From Chloroflexota bacterium (GTDB lineage: Bacteria; Chloroflexota; Limnocylindria; Limnocylindrales; CSP1-4), in the NCBI GenBank assembly GCA_040752335.1, contig JBFMEV010000014.1:575-64574 (forward strand): a stretch of DNA of 64,000 bases, given 5' to 3'. Below, in pieces: positions 8,754 to 17,515 of the stretch. Position numbers and translations under genes: made by a program. Below the pieces are notes generated by a model. The model saw nothing but the letters and a program-made list of their open reading frames with translations, was not told where the DNA came from and ran no database searches. How positions within the stretch are numbered: position 1 is the stretch's first letter; the number at the start of each line of letters is the position of its first letter.

Positions 8754-9834
8754 GGGTCCGGGGGCCGTCGCCGCCGCCCCCGCCCGCGGACGTCGTGGCA
8801 CTCCCGGTCGCCGGGGCCGTGGATCCCGAGGCATTCGCCGATGCGGAGGCGCCCCGGACGAATACCCGCGGCGAGGCGAGTGCCGGCTCCGGAGCCCTGG
8901 CCACCGGTTCCTCCCCGCTCACCCGGGCCGACCGCCCTCGGGCGGTCACGATCATCGCGACGGCGGCCACGATGACCGCCGAGGCAACGAGGGTCCGGGG
9001 CGTGATCGGCTCGGCCAGGACGAGGCTGCCCAGGGCCACGGCCACGACGGGGTTGACGTAGGCGTAGGTGCTCACGAGCGAGAGCGGGGCGTTGCGCAGC
9101 AGCCAGGCGTAGGCGTTGAAGGCCACCAGGCTGCCGATGACGGTCAGGTAGGCGAGGGCCCACAGCGACTCGGCCGAGATGGCGGCGACGTCGAAGCGGG
9201 CGAGCTCCCCGGTCAGCGTGCCCTCGGCGGCAAGCGCCGCCGAGCCGAGGAGCATCTGGAGCCCGGTGGCCATCAGCGGGCGCGCCGGCAGCGTCGCCCG
9301 GCGGGCCGAGAACAGCGAGCCGTGAGCCCAGCCGAGCGGGGCGACGAGGAGGATGAGGACACCGCGGAGGTCGAAGGCGTTGGCACCGCTGCCGAACGGC
9401 CAGACGAGGAGCACGACCCCGACGAGCCCGATCGCGATGCCCGCCACGACGAGGCGGGGCAGGGGATCTCGGAAATACAGCCAGCCAAAGATCGCGAACC
9501 AGGCCGGGATGAGGGCGATGAGGATTGCCGCGATCCCCGACGGCACCGTCTCCTCGGCGAGGCCGACGAAGCCGTTGCCGATCCCCAGCAGCAGCGCCCC
9601 GACGATCGCCGAGTCGCGCCACTCCCGGGCGCTCGGCAGGCGGAAGCCACGGCCGCCGCGGAGCACCTCCCAGCCGACGAGGACGGCCCCCGCGATCGCG
9701 AACCGGATGGCGAGCATCAGGAACGGCGGGATCGTTTCGATCGCGATCGCGATGCCCAGGTAGGTCGAGCCCCACACGACGTAGACCGTCAGGAGGGCCG
9801 CCCAGAGGCCGATCGCCGAGGTTCGCTTTGGCAT
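8725..9834 (-). CDS. EamA/DMT family transporter
   Basis: VYVVWGSTY, about 10 hydrophobic segments, STYAYVNPVVAVALG; start may be TTG 9849. Confidence 0.92.
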   Translation of the reverse strand: MPKRTSAIGLWAALLTVYVVWGSTYLGIAIAIETIPPFLMLAIRFAIAGAVLVGWEVLRGGRGFRLPSAREWRDSAIVGALLLGIGNGFVGLAEETVPSGIAAILIALIPAWFAIFGWLYFRDPLPRLVVAGIAIGLVGVVLLVWPFGSGANAFDLRGVLILLVAPLGWAHGSLFSARRATLPARPLMATGLQMLLGSAALAAEGTLTGELARFDVAAISAESLWALAYLTVIGSLVAFNAYAWLLRNAPLSLVSTYAYVNPVVAVALGSLVLAEPITPRTLVASAVIVAAVAMIVTARGRSARVSGEEPVARAPEPALASPRVFVRGASASANASGSTAPATGSATTSAGGGGGDGPRTLSPRPVPRP

Positions 9835-9929
9835 AGCAGGGTGGTCCAAGATGCGGGGAGTGTAGCGGGCCGCTATGGCCTAGTCCAGTAGTCCAATGTT
9901 GCCGTTCGGTTACGGCCGGGCGAGGCCGG

Positions 9930-10763
9930 TCAGGCCGCCGCCGCGGCGCCGCCCGAGACCGGCCGGCACTCCCGGCAGGCCCGGTAGCCGGCGGCGGTGG
10001 CGGCCGCGAGCGACCGGAACGGGACGCGGTGCCGCTCCGTGATTCGCTTCGCGTTGTGGCACGTCGGCAGGCAGACCACGTGGGTCGTGTCCGAGCCGAG
10101 GAACCGGACCCCGGCCCGGGCCGCGATCTCCAGGGCCTCGGGATCCAGGCCCTCGGCGGCGAGGATCGTCCGCTTGGCAGCCGGGCCGCCGAGCGAGTAC
10201 TGGCCGATGGACCCGTCGCTCCGGACGACACGGTGACACGGGACGATGAGCGGCACGGGATTGTGGGCCAGGGCCGTGCCAACGGCCCGCACTGCCTTCG
10301 GTCGGCCGATCTCCGCCGCGATCCAGCCGTACGGCCGGACCTCGCCCCGCGGGATCTCGAGGGCCTTGGCGAGGACCGCGGCCTCGAACGCGGTCCGGCC
10401 CCTCAGGTCGAGCGGGATCCGGACACGCCGGTCGCCGGCGAGGCGGGCGGCGATCGCCCGGGCCAGCTCCGGCGGGACGGCGGCGGCGCGCCCGAGCGGC
10501 CGCCCGACCTGCGCGCCGAAGCGCGCCTCGAAGCCCGCGACGTCGCCCTCGGCCGCGCGGTCCACGGCCGAGACACCGCGGCCGTTCCAGGCGACGACGA
10601 TCGGCCCGAGCGGCGAGGGCAACTCGGCATAGCGGTCGGCAAGGCCAACCTCGACGAGGACGCTCGCGGCGAACGAGGGTGGTGCGGTCGTGGCAAGGGC
10701 GGTCAAGTCGGTCTCCAGTCGGTCCGTGGGGGCGACGGTCGGGCGGGTCGATCGAGGGCTCAT
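9930..10763 (-). CDS. ogt: Methylated-DNA-protein-cysteine methyltransferase with C-terminal Ada-type Zn-binding domain
   Basis: IPRGEVRPYGWIA, AVRAVGTA, NPVPLIVPCHRVV; C-terminus CLPTC-X26-CRECRP with four Cys. Confidence 0.9.
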   Translation of the reverse strand: MSPRSTRPTVAPTDRLETDLTALATTAPPSFAASVLVEVGLADRYAELPSPLGPIVVAWNGRGVSAVDRAAEGDVAGFEARFGAQVGRPLGRAAAVPPELARAIAARLAGDRRVRIPLDLRGRTAFEAAVLAKALEIPRGEVRPYGWIAAEIGRPKAVRAVGTALAHNPVPLIVPCHRVVRSDGSIGQYSLGGPAAKRTILAAEGLDPEALEIAARAGVRFLGSDTTHVVCLPTCHNAKRITERHRVPFRSLAAATAAGYRACRECRPVSGGAAAAA

Positions 10764-11365
10764 GCGGTCATCTCCCCGTGGTTGATGGCGAGGTCGGGAT
10801 CGCTGGCGAGAACGACTCGCAGCTGGGCCAGGCCGCGGCTGACCTGGGCCTTCACGGTCCCCTCTGGGCGACCGAGCGCGACCGCCGTCTCGGCGACCGA
10901 CAGGCCGTCGACGTGGCGGAGGACGACGGCCGAGCGCGGGCCGGGGGGCAGAGCGAGGAGCGCGGCGGCAAGCCCCCGGATCGTCTCGCGCCGTGCCGCC
11001 CGCTCATGGGGCGAAGGCCCGGCCTCGGGGAAGGTCGCGTCCCCACCGGCTTCCACGATCGGCTCCAGCTGGAGCGGCGGCGTCCGCTCGTCGAGGCGCC
11101 GCCGGCGGTTGCGGGCCAGGTTGACGACGATCGAGGCCAGCCACGGTCGGAGCCGAAGGGCCCGGATCCGGTCCGGTTCGTAGCCGGCGATCGCCCGGTA
11201 GGCCCGGACGAAGGCGTCCTGGGCGACCTCCTCGGCATCCCGGGGGTCGCCCAGCAGGCGCAGGGCGATCGAGTAGCAGCGGTCCTGGTGGGCGCGGAGG
11301 AGCGCCTCGAACGACGCGTCGAGGTCGAGCGCGAGGCGATGGGCGAGCGCGACGTCGGTGTCCAT
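10760..11365 (-). CDS. ECF sigma-70 factor
   Basis: Region 2 DAEEVAQDAFVRAY and LRPWLASIVVNLARNRRR; region 4 GLSVAETAVALGRPEGTVKAQVSRGL; stop overlaps ogt start. Confidence 0.92.
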   Translation of the reverse strand: MDTDVALAHRLALDLDASFEALLRAHQDRCYSIALRLLGDPRDAEEVAQDAFVRAYRAIAGYEPDRIRALRLRPWLASIVVNLARNRRRRLDERTPPLQLEPIVEAGGDATFPEAGPSPHERAARRETIRGLAAALLALPPGPRSAVVLRHVDGLSVAETAVALGRPEGTVKAQVSRGLAQLRVVLASDPDLAINHGEMTA

Positions 11366-11451
11366 CGACGTCTTCAACACGGCGGCCGCGACATTCGTTG
11401 CAGTGTGCTCCGCGCCATCGATCGTAGGCGTGCTCGGCCAGGCGGGCTCGG

Positions 11452-12111
11452 TCAGGCGGGCTCGACGACCTCGACCTCGCCGGTCGGCTGGACCAGGAAG
11501 ATCCAGATGTCCCAGGCGACGTGGCTGACGATGAGGGCACCGAGCGGGGCCCCGGCGGCGTACAGCGCACACCAGTGGGCGCCGGCCACCCCGGCCGCGC
11601 CGAGCAGGGTGAAGTTGCCCGACGTCACGTGGACCCCGCCGTAGGCGCCGGCCGCGATCGCGGCTCCCCGCCAGCGCCCGAACCGGCGCATCAGGGCCGC
11701 CTGGATGAAGCCGCGCCAGAAGAGCTCCTCTGCCGGCCCGACGATCGTCGCCAGGCGGGTCGCGATCTCGCTCTGAGGCAGGAGCATCCGGAGGGCGTAG
11801 ATCTCGCGGATCTCGGCGTCGCCGCCTGGGACGAAGCGTCGGGCGAACCGGTCGCCGACCTGGAAGGTGACGTACAGCACTCCCGCCGAGAGCAACCCAA
11901 GCGGAACGTGCCACCATCGGATCCGGGCCCGGCGGGCCGGGCCCGAGAGAAGCAGCGCGAGGCTGCCCAGGCTCACGCCGGTCCAGGTCATCCGCGTCCA
12001 GAACCGCTCGCGCGGGCCCCGGAAGGTCGCCGTGAAGGCCGCGCTCGCGGCGGCCAGCCCGACGGCTAGGGCGAGGGTGCCCGGCCGGTCGTCGACCTCG
12101 CGCTCAGCCAC
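11452..12111 (-). CDS. CPBP (type II CAAX/Rce1-like) intramembrane metalloprotease
   Basis: PAEELFWRGFIQ, YGGVHV, IVSHVAWD motifs; hydrophobic; GTG start inferred. Confidence 0.88.
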   Translation of the reverse strand: MAEREVDDRPGTLALAVGLAAASAAFTATFRGPRERFWTRMTWTGVSLGSLALLLSGPARRARIRWWHVPLGLLSAGVLYVTFQVGDRFARRFVPGGDAEIREIYALRMLLPQSEIATRLATIVGPAEELFWRGFIQAALMRRFGRWRGAAIAAGAYGGVHVTSGNFTLLGAAGVAGAHWCALYAAGAPLGALIVSHVAWDIWIFLVQPTGEVEVVEPA

Positions 12112-12131
12112 GCTGGCCGGTCCCGGGCGGC

Positions 12132-14186
12132 TCAGCCACGCACGACCCCGGCGAGGAGCAGCCCGATGACGAGGAACCCCCCGAAGGCCAGGTGGAGCCT
12201 GGCGGTCTGGAGGTCGATCATCGCGATCGCCCGGGCCTGGCCCGTCGCCCCGAGCTCGGCCGAGCGGACGACCTGGGCGAGAAACGGCAGCGACACGATC
12301 GCCAGGAGCGTCGGCGGCGGCAGGAGCGAGAAGGCGACCGACAGGCCGAGCGTGATGTAGGCCCCCAGGACGAGGGCGACGTAGCCGTAGTGGGCCCAGT
12401 CCTTGCCGACCCGGGACGACAGCGTCACGATGCCGGCCCGGGTGTCCTCGCTGATGTCGCGCCACTCGTTGCCGTGGAGGATGGCGGCCACGAGGAGTCC
12501 CACCGGCACCGACAGAACGACGGCCACAGGGCTCCAGGCCCCGGTCACGGCGAAATAGCTGCCGACGACCATGAGCGGGCCCATGAGCAGGAACACCAGC
12601 GGCACGCCGAGGGCCCGGTACTTGTACTGGAGCGGCGGCGCCGTGTAGCCCCAGCCGCCGATCAGCCCGGCCAGGCCGAGGGCCACGATCGCCGGGCCGC
12701 GGAGGACCACGAGGTACAGGCCCACCGCGACCGCCAGGAGGAAGGCCAGGCCGGCGACCAGGAACGCGCCGCGCTCGGTCATCCGGCCCTTGACGATGGC
12801 GTGGCTCGCCCGCGGCGAGACGATCGTGTCGATGCCCTGGCGGACGTCGTAGATCTCGTTGACGATGTTTGTCCCGGAGTGCAGGAGGACCGCCCCGGCC
12901 AACGCGGCCAGGAACGGCAGCCAGTCGAACCGGCCGTCGACGGCCGCGAGCGCGGCGCCGGCGCTGACCGGGATGACGGATGCCGTGTAGGCGAACGGCC
13001 GGACGATCTCCCAGGTCGCCCCGAGCCGCCGCCGGACGGTTTCCGCGGCGCCGAGGCGCCGGTCGTCGGCGAGCGCCGAAGCAGGCGCCGCCACGACCTC
13101 GGGCGCCACCGTCTCCTCCGGCGCCGGCGCAACCCACCGGGCGGTCGCCGGCAGCTCGGCATACATCGCCGCCGCCGCGATGAGCTCGTCGATCTGGCGC
13201 TCCTCCTGGAGGACGGGCTGGAGGAGCGGCAGGCCCAGGCCCGTCTCGACGTGGAACGCCAGGGCCTTCGCGGCGACGTCCTCGCGAGTGCCGCAGAGCA
13301 TGAAGGCATCGAGGAGCTCGTCGGGAATAAGATTCCCCGCGAGGGTGTAGTCCTCGGCCCGCCAGGCCACGGCGATCCGGTCTCGCAGCTCGACCTCGAA
13401 GCCGGCCCGCCGCAGGGACACGTCGGACAGGACCGACATCATGTAGATGACGAACGGCTCGCGCTTCGCCCGGTTGAGGGCCTCGCGCCGCGTCCGGTCG
13501 ACGAGCGACAGGAGGTAGCCGGCGGTCTCGATCGAGCCCGGGTCGCGACCTGCCTCGATGGCCGAGGCCCGGAGCCGCTCCAGGATCCCCCGGAGCGAGG
13601 GGATCGACTCGGCCGGCCGGGCCAGGTAGCCGTCGGCCTTCTGACCCGCGAGCTCCACGAACGCCCGGCGGTACGCCGCGATGACGAGCGCGATTCGGTG
13701 GGGCGGCGGGAACATCGGCTGGATCGGCGGCAGACCGGGCGTCGCCGACGGCAGCCGCTCGCCGGCCCACAGGGCCCGGATCTGGTCCATCGCGGTGGAC
13801 ACCCGCTCGACGGCTGCATCGGGCTCGTACGGGATGCCCATCTGCTTCAGCCGCAGCGGCAGGCCCGTGCCCAGGCCCATGACGATCCGGCCGGGCAGGA
13901 TTTCGTCGAGGGCCGAGCCAGTCATCGCCAGGACGACCGGATGCCGGGTGAACGGGTTGACCGCGCCGAGGGCGACCCGGAAGCCGCCGTCCTCGTTCTC
14001 GCCGTCGCGGGCCAGCCCGTCGACGACCGTGGTCGCGAACGAGACCGCGTCCCGCTCGAAGTACGAATCGTGGATCCAGAGCGACTCCAGGCCCGCGTCG
14101 CGGGCGCGCCGGGCCCAGTCGAGGACGTCATCCGGATCGTCCCGGGCGGCCAGGCCGAGGCCGATGGGGCGGGCGAGGGTGCGCAT
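12132..14186 (-). CDS. Fusion: N-terminal luciferase-like (LLM, Mer-like) oxidoreductase plus C-terminal UbiA/MenA-type prenyltransferase
   Basis: N-terminus LWIHDSY, AVNPFTRHPVVLAM, GRIVMGLGTG; C-terminus WEIVRPFAYTAS, NIVNEIYDVRQGID, WGYTAPPLQYKY, NEWRDISEDTRAG; one continuous frame through an Ala/Pro linker. Confidence 0.88.
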   Translation of the reverse strand: MRTLARPIGLGLAARDDPDDVLDWARRARDAGLESLWIHDSYFERDAVSFATTVVDGLARDGENEDGGFRVALGAVNPFTRHPVVLAMTGSALDEILPGRIVMGLGTGLPLRLKQMGIPYEPDAAVERVSTAMDQIRALWAGERLPSATPGLPPIQPMFPPPHRIALVIAAYRRAFVELAGQKADGYLARPAESIPSLRGILERLRASAIEAGRDPGSIETAGYLLSLVDRTRREALNRAKREPFVIYMMSVLSDVSLRRAGFEVELRDRIAVAWRAEDYTLAGNLIPDELLDAFMLCGTREDVAAKALAFHVETGLGLPLLQPVLQEERQIDELIAAAAMYAELPATARWVAPAPEETVAPEVVAAPASALADDRRLGAAETVRRRLGATWEIVRPFAYTASVIPVSAGAALAAVDGRFDWLPFLAALAGAVLLHSGTNIVNEIYDVRQGIDTIVSPRASHAIVKGRMTERGAFLVAGLAFLLAVAVGLYLVVLRGPAIVALGLAGLIGGWGYTAPPLQYKYRALGVPLVFLLMGPLMVVGSYFAVTGAWSPVAVVLSVPVGLLVAAILHGNEWRDISEDTRAGIVTLSSRVGKDWAHYGYVALVLGAYITLGLSVAFSLLPPPTLLAIVSLPFLAQVVRSAELGATGQARAIAMIDLQTARLHLAFGGFLVIGLLLAGVVRG

Positions 14187-14302
14187 GGCTGGCTCCAGGT
14201 CGGCGGCTCCGGGCGACGACACCGCCCGTGGCAAGCGCCCACATGCTACCACGGTGTAGCCGGTTATTCGCCAGCCCGCCGGCCGTGCGACAATCGCCGG
14301 CG

Positions 14303-15313
14303 ATGCGCCTCGACGACCGCTTCGACGACCTGATCGCCGCGCTCGGTGGGTTCTACCGAACGTGGCTCGTGTTCCTGGGCGTGGACCTCGGCTTCTTCCG
14401 TGCCATCCGGGCGGCCGGCGACGGAGGCCTCCGGGTCGAAGACCTGGCGCGCCGGACGTCGACCCACCCGCGGGCGGTGGAGACGTGGGCCTGGGCCGCC
14501 GACGCCCACGGCCTCGTCCGCTCCGAGGCCGGCGCCCTGACGATCGATCCGGAGACCGCCCTCATCCTCCTTGACGAGCAGCGCTCGGAGTTCCTCGGCG
14601 GCCAGTTCGTCCACTCGGTGGTGGCCACCCTGGACTGGGACCGGATGATCGACTTCTTCCGGACCGGCGTGCCGATCCCGTCGCGTCCGGACCGCTACAG
14701 GGCGGCGATAGAGCAGGTGACACGCCAGGACATCGCCGTCTTCTTCAGCGAGGGCCTGGCGGCCCTGCCTAACCTGGTCGCCAGGCTCGTCGCCGGCTGC
14801 CGGGTCCTCGACGTCCACTGCGGCGGCGGCCGCTGGCTCGTGGCCATGGCCCAGCGCTTCCCCGACCTCCGCCTCGTCGGCATCGAGGCCGAGCCGGATT
14901 CCATCGCCAGGGCCCGCGAGCTCATCGAGGAGAGCGGGCTGAGCGATCGGGTCCGGATCGAGCCGGTGGCCCGCGACGAGGTCACCCGGCCCGGCCGCTT
15001 CGACCTCGTGTACTACCAGTACGCGCTCCATTTCCTGCCCGATCCGGCAGCCTCGCTGCGGGCGTCGTGGGAGGCCCTCGACCCGGGTGGCAGTCTCGTG
15101 GTCCTCGACTGGCTCCTGCCCACCGATCCCGCCGACATGCGGACGATCCACGGCGAGCTCATCGCCGGCGTCCACCTCGACGAGGTCTTCATGGGCGCCG
15201 GGCTTCGCGACGCCGCCGCGTATCGGGCCTGGTTCGCCACGGCCGGCATCCCCGAGCCGGCAGTCATCGAGCTGCCGTCGGGCGCCACGCTGATCGCCGT
15301 CGATCAGCCCTGA
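14303..15313 (+). CDS. Class I SAM-dependent methyltransferase with N-terminal winged helix (Rv2258c-like)
   Basis: Variant motif I VLDVHCGGG, FDLVYYQYALH, LDPGGSLVVLD; TGc-GACAAT 8 nt before ATG. Confidence 0.85.
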   Translation: MRLDDRFDDLIAALGGFYRTWLVFLGVDLGFFRAIRAAGDGGLRVEDLARRTSTHPRAVETWAWAADAHGLVRSEAGALTIDPETALILLDEQRSEFLGGQFVHSVVATLDWDRMIDFFRTGVPIPSRPDRYRAAIEQVTRQDIAVFFSEGLAALPNLVARLVAGCRVLDVHCGGGRWLVAMAQRFPDLRLVGIEAEPDSIARARELIEESGLSDRVRIEPVARDEVTRPGRFDLVYYQYALHFLPDPAASLRASWEALDPGGSLVVLDWLLPTDPADMRTIHGELIAGVHLDEVFMGAGLRDAAAYRAWFATAGIPEPAVIELPSGATLIAVDQP

Positions 15314-15321
15314 CGGCCGCG

Positions 15322-16149
15322 GTGCTCGAGCCCGTCGTCCCGGGCGAGGCCCTCGCGCGTCGTCTCGCCCGGCACGAGGCGACGGTTCAGGCCGTCGGGC
15401 GAAGGGAGGCCAGGGACCTCGGCGACGGACTCCTGCTCCACGACCCGGCGGACCGCGAACCGTTCTGGAACCGGCTCGCGGCGCCCGCCTGGCCCGACGA
15501 CGTCCCCGCATTCGAGCGCCGCCTCGACGAGGTCGTGACCCTCTTCGCGACGCTCGACCGCCTGCCCCACATCCGGACCCTGCCGCTCGGCAACCGGCCG
15601 GCGGATCTCCCGGCCCGGCTCGTCGCGGCCGGCTTCCGACCGGCCGGGATCGACCGGTCGATGGTCCTCGTGAACCCGGCGGCGTGCCTGGGCCTGGTGC
15701 GGACCCTCGCGTCGCGGCCGGAGCTCACCCTCGAGCACATCGGCCGTGGGCAGGAGCTCCGGGCGATCGAGGCCGCCCGGCTCCTCGTCCAGGCGTTCGA
15801 TGTCGAATCGGACCGGGTCCCGGCGCTCGGCGCGGAGACCCTCGCCGCCGGCCGTCGCGAGGACGGCGCCGTCCTGCTCCTCCTCGTCGACGACCAGCCG
15901 GCGGCGGTGGCGCGGCGGGTCCAGGTGGGTCCCGGCACGTACCTCTCGTCGATCGCGACGGCCCCGCCGCTCCAGGGCCGCGGCCTCGGCTCGCTCATCA
16001 CCGCCCTCGCCGTCGCGGAGGCGCTCGAGGCCGGGACCGCGTTCATCCACCTCCTCGTCGAGGCCGACAACGGGACGGCGATCGGGGTCTACGAGCGCCT
16101 CGGGTTCGTCCTCATCGGCGACCCGATCCACGACCTCCTCCTCCGCTGA
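15322..16149 (+). CDS. GNAT family N-acetyltransferase
   Basis: IATAPPLQGRGLGS, NGTAIGVYERLGF; start approximate. Confidence 0.85.
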   Translation: MLEPVVPGEALARRLARHEATVQAVGRREARDLGDGLLLHDPADREPFWNRLAAPAWPDDVPAFERRLDEVVTLFATLDRLPHIRTLPLGNRPADLPARLVAAGFRPAGIDRSMVLVNPAACLGLVRTLASRPELTLEHIGRGQELRAIEAARLLVQAFDVESDRVPALGAETLAAGRREDGAVLLLLVDDQPAAVARRVQVGPGTYLSSIATAPPLQGRGLGSLITALAVAEALEAGTAFIHLLVEADNGTAIGVYERLGFVLIGDPIHDLLLR

Positions 16150-16185
16150 GCGGTCCGCGACCCGGCGCCGCGCTACCATCCGGTC

Positions 16186-16626
16186 ATGCTCGAAGCCCCC
16201 GGGATCGTCATGCGCCCCGCCGTGGACGCGGACGCGGAGCGGATCGCCGCGCTCTTCACCGACGAGGGCTACCCCGCCGGCCCGTCGGCGGTCGTGGCGC
16301 GCCTGGAGCGCTTCGCCGGGCCGGATTCGGAGGTCGTCGTCGCGGACCGCGGCGGCGAGGTCATCGGGTTCATCGCCTTCCATGCGCTGCCGCGGTTCGA
16401 GCACGACGACGTCGCCGTCCGGATCCTCGCCCTGGTCGTCGACGCCGGGGCCCGCGAGCGAGGCCTCGGCCACCAGCTGATGGCCGAGGCCGAGCGCTTT
16501 GCCCGGGAGCGCGGCGCCGCGTTCGTCGAGGTGACCGCCGGCCGCCACCGGCCCGAGGCGCGCCACCTCTACGAATCCCTCGGCTACGACGCTTCGGTCA
16601 CGGCCTACCTCCGCAAGCGCCTGTGA
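16186..16626 (+). CDS. GNAT family N-acetyltransferase
   Basis: LVVDAGARERGLGHQLM, ARHLYESLGY; TACCAT 6 nt before ATG. Confidence 0.88.
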   Translation: MLEAPGIVMRPAVDADAERIAALFTDEGYPAGPSAVVARLERFAGPDSEVVVADRGGEVIGFIAFHALPRFEHDDVAVRILALVVDAGARERGLGHQLMAEAERFARERGAAFVEVTAGRHRPEARHLYESLGYDASVTAYLRKRL

Positions 16627-16937
16627 CGGCCGTCCCGCCCGCCATCCCGGAGGCCGGATTCGCGATTCGCGTCCGCGACCTGCGGAAGGCCTACGGCGAG
16701 ACCCGGGCCGTGGACGGGATCTCGTTCGAGGTCCGGGCGGGCGAGGTCTTTGGCCTCCTCGGACCGAACGGCGCGGGCAAGACCACGACCGTCGAGATCC
16801 TCGAGGGCCTTCGGTCGCTCCGTCAGGCCATGGTCGGCGGGACGCCGTTCTCGCCGCTTTGGATCTGCTTCGCGGTGCTCGCCGGCTTCCTGGTCGCCTG
16901 CTTCGCGATCTCGGCCCGCTTCTTCCGCTGGACGTAG
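16623..16937 (+). pseudogene. Chimeric relic: N-terminus of an ABC ATPase fused in frame to the C-terminus of an ABC-2 permease
   Basis: RVRDLRKAYG...GLLGPNGAGKTTTVEILEGLRS joined directly to LRQAMVGG...AVLAGFLVACFAISARFFRWT; only 104 aa; no signature motif or Walker B. Confidence 0.8.
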
Positions 16938-16990
16938 TCGGGGGACCTGCGCCGCCACCACCGCCGCGACTGGTCCGGTGAGGGAGCCGG

Positions 16991-17515
16991 CTACCAGTGC
17001 TCTCGATGCACGACGTCGTCGAGCGGCCGTCGCCCGCCGGGCTTGAGCGGCCGAGTGAGGTCATCGGGCCGGGCCGGGTAGCCGAAGACCAGCAGTTGCT
17101 CACAGGTCCGGTCGGCCGGATAGCCGAGGACTTCGCGGGCGAGATCCGGCTCGTAGACGGTGATCGGGCACGAGCCGACCCCGAGCGACCAGGCCGCGAG
17201 GATCATGTTCTGCGACGCCAGGCCTAGGTCCCAGTGGATGGAGTTCGGGCGCTCCCGGTCGGCCGCCTCCGGGAAGACGAGGGCGACCGCGACGGCGGCG
17301 CTCGGAACGTGTTCGGCATACGGTCCCACGCCGCCCAGGAGCCGAAGCCGATCGCGGTCGGTCACGACCACGAAGTCCCAACGCTGGCGGTTCTTCGACG
17401 AGCTGGCCCGCCGGCCGGCGTTGAGGATCGCTTCGAGGTGGGCCGGCTCGAGCGGCCGGTCGGCGTAGCGCCGCACGACACGGAGATGGCCGATCGCCTC
17501 GAGGATGCCCATCAC
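16991..17515 (-). CDS. Nitroreductase family protein
   Basis: LRVVRRYADRP, RASSSKNRQRWDFVVV, DLGLASQNMILAAWSLGVGSC. Confidence 0.92.
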   Translation of the reverse strand: MMGILEAIGHLRVVRRYADRPLEPAHLEAILNAGRRASSSKNRQRWDFVVVTDRDRLRLLGGVGPYAEHVPSAAVAVALVFPEAADRERPNSIHWDLGLASQNMILAAWSLGVGSCPITVYEPDLAREVLGYPADRTCEQLLVFGYPARPDDLTRPLKPGGRRPLDDVVHREHW

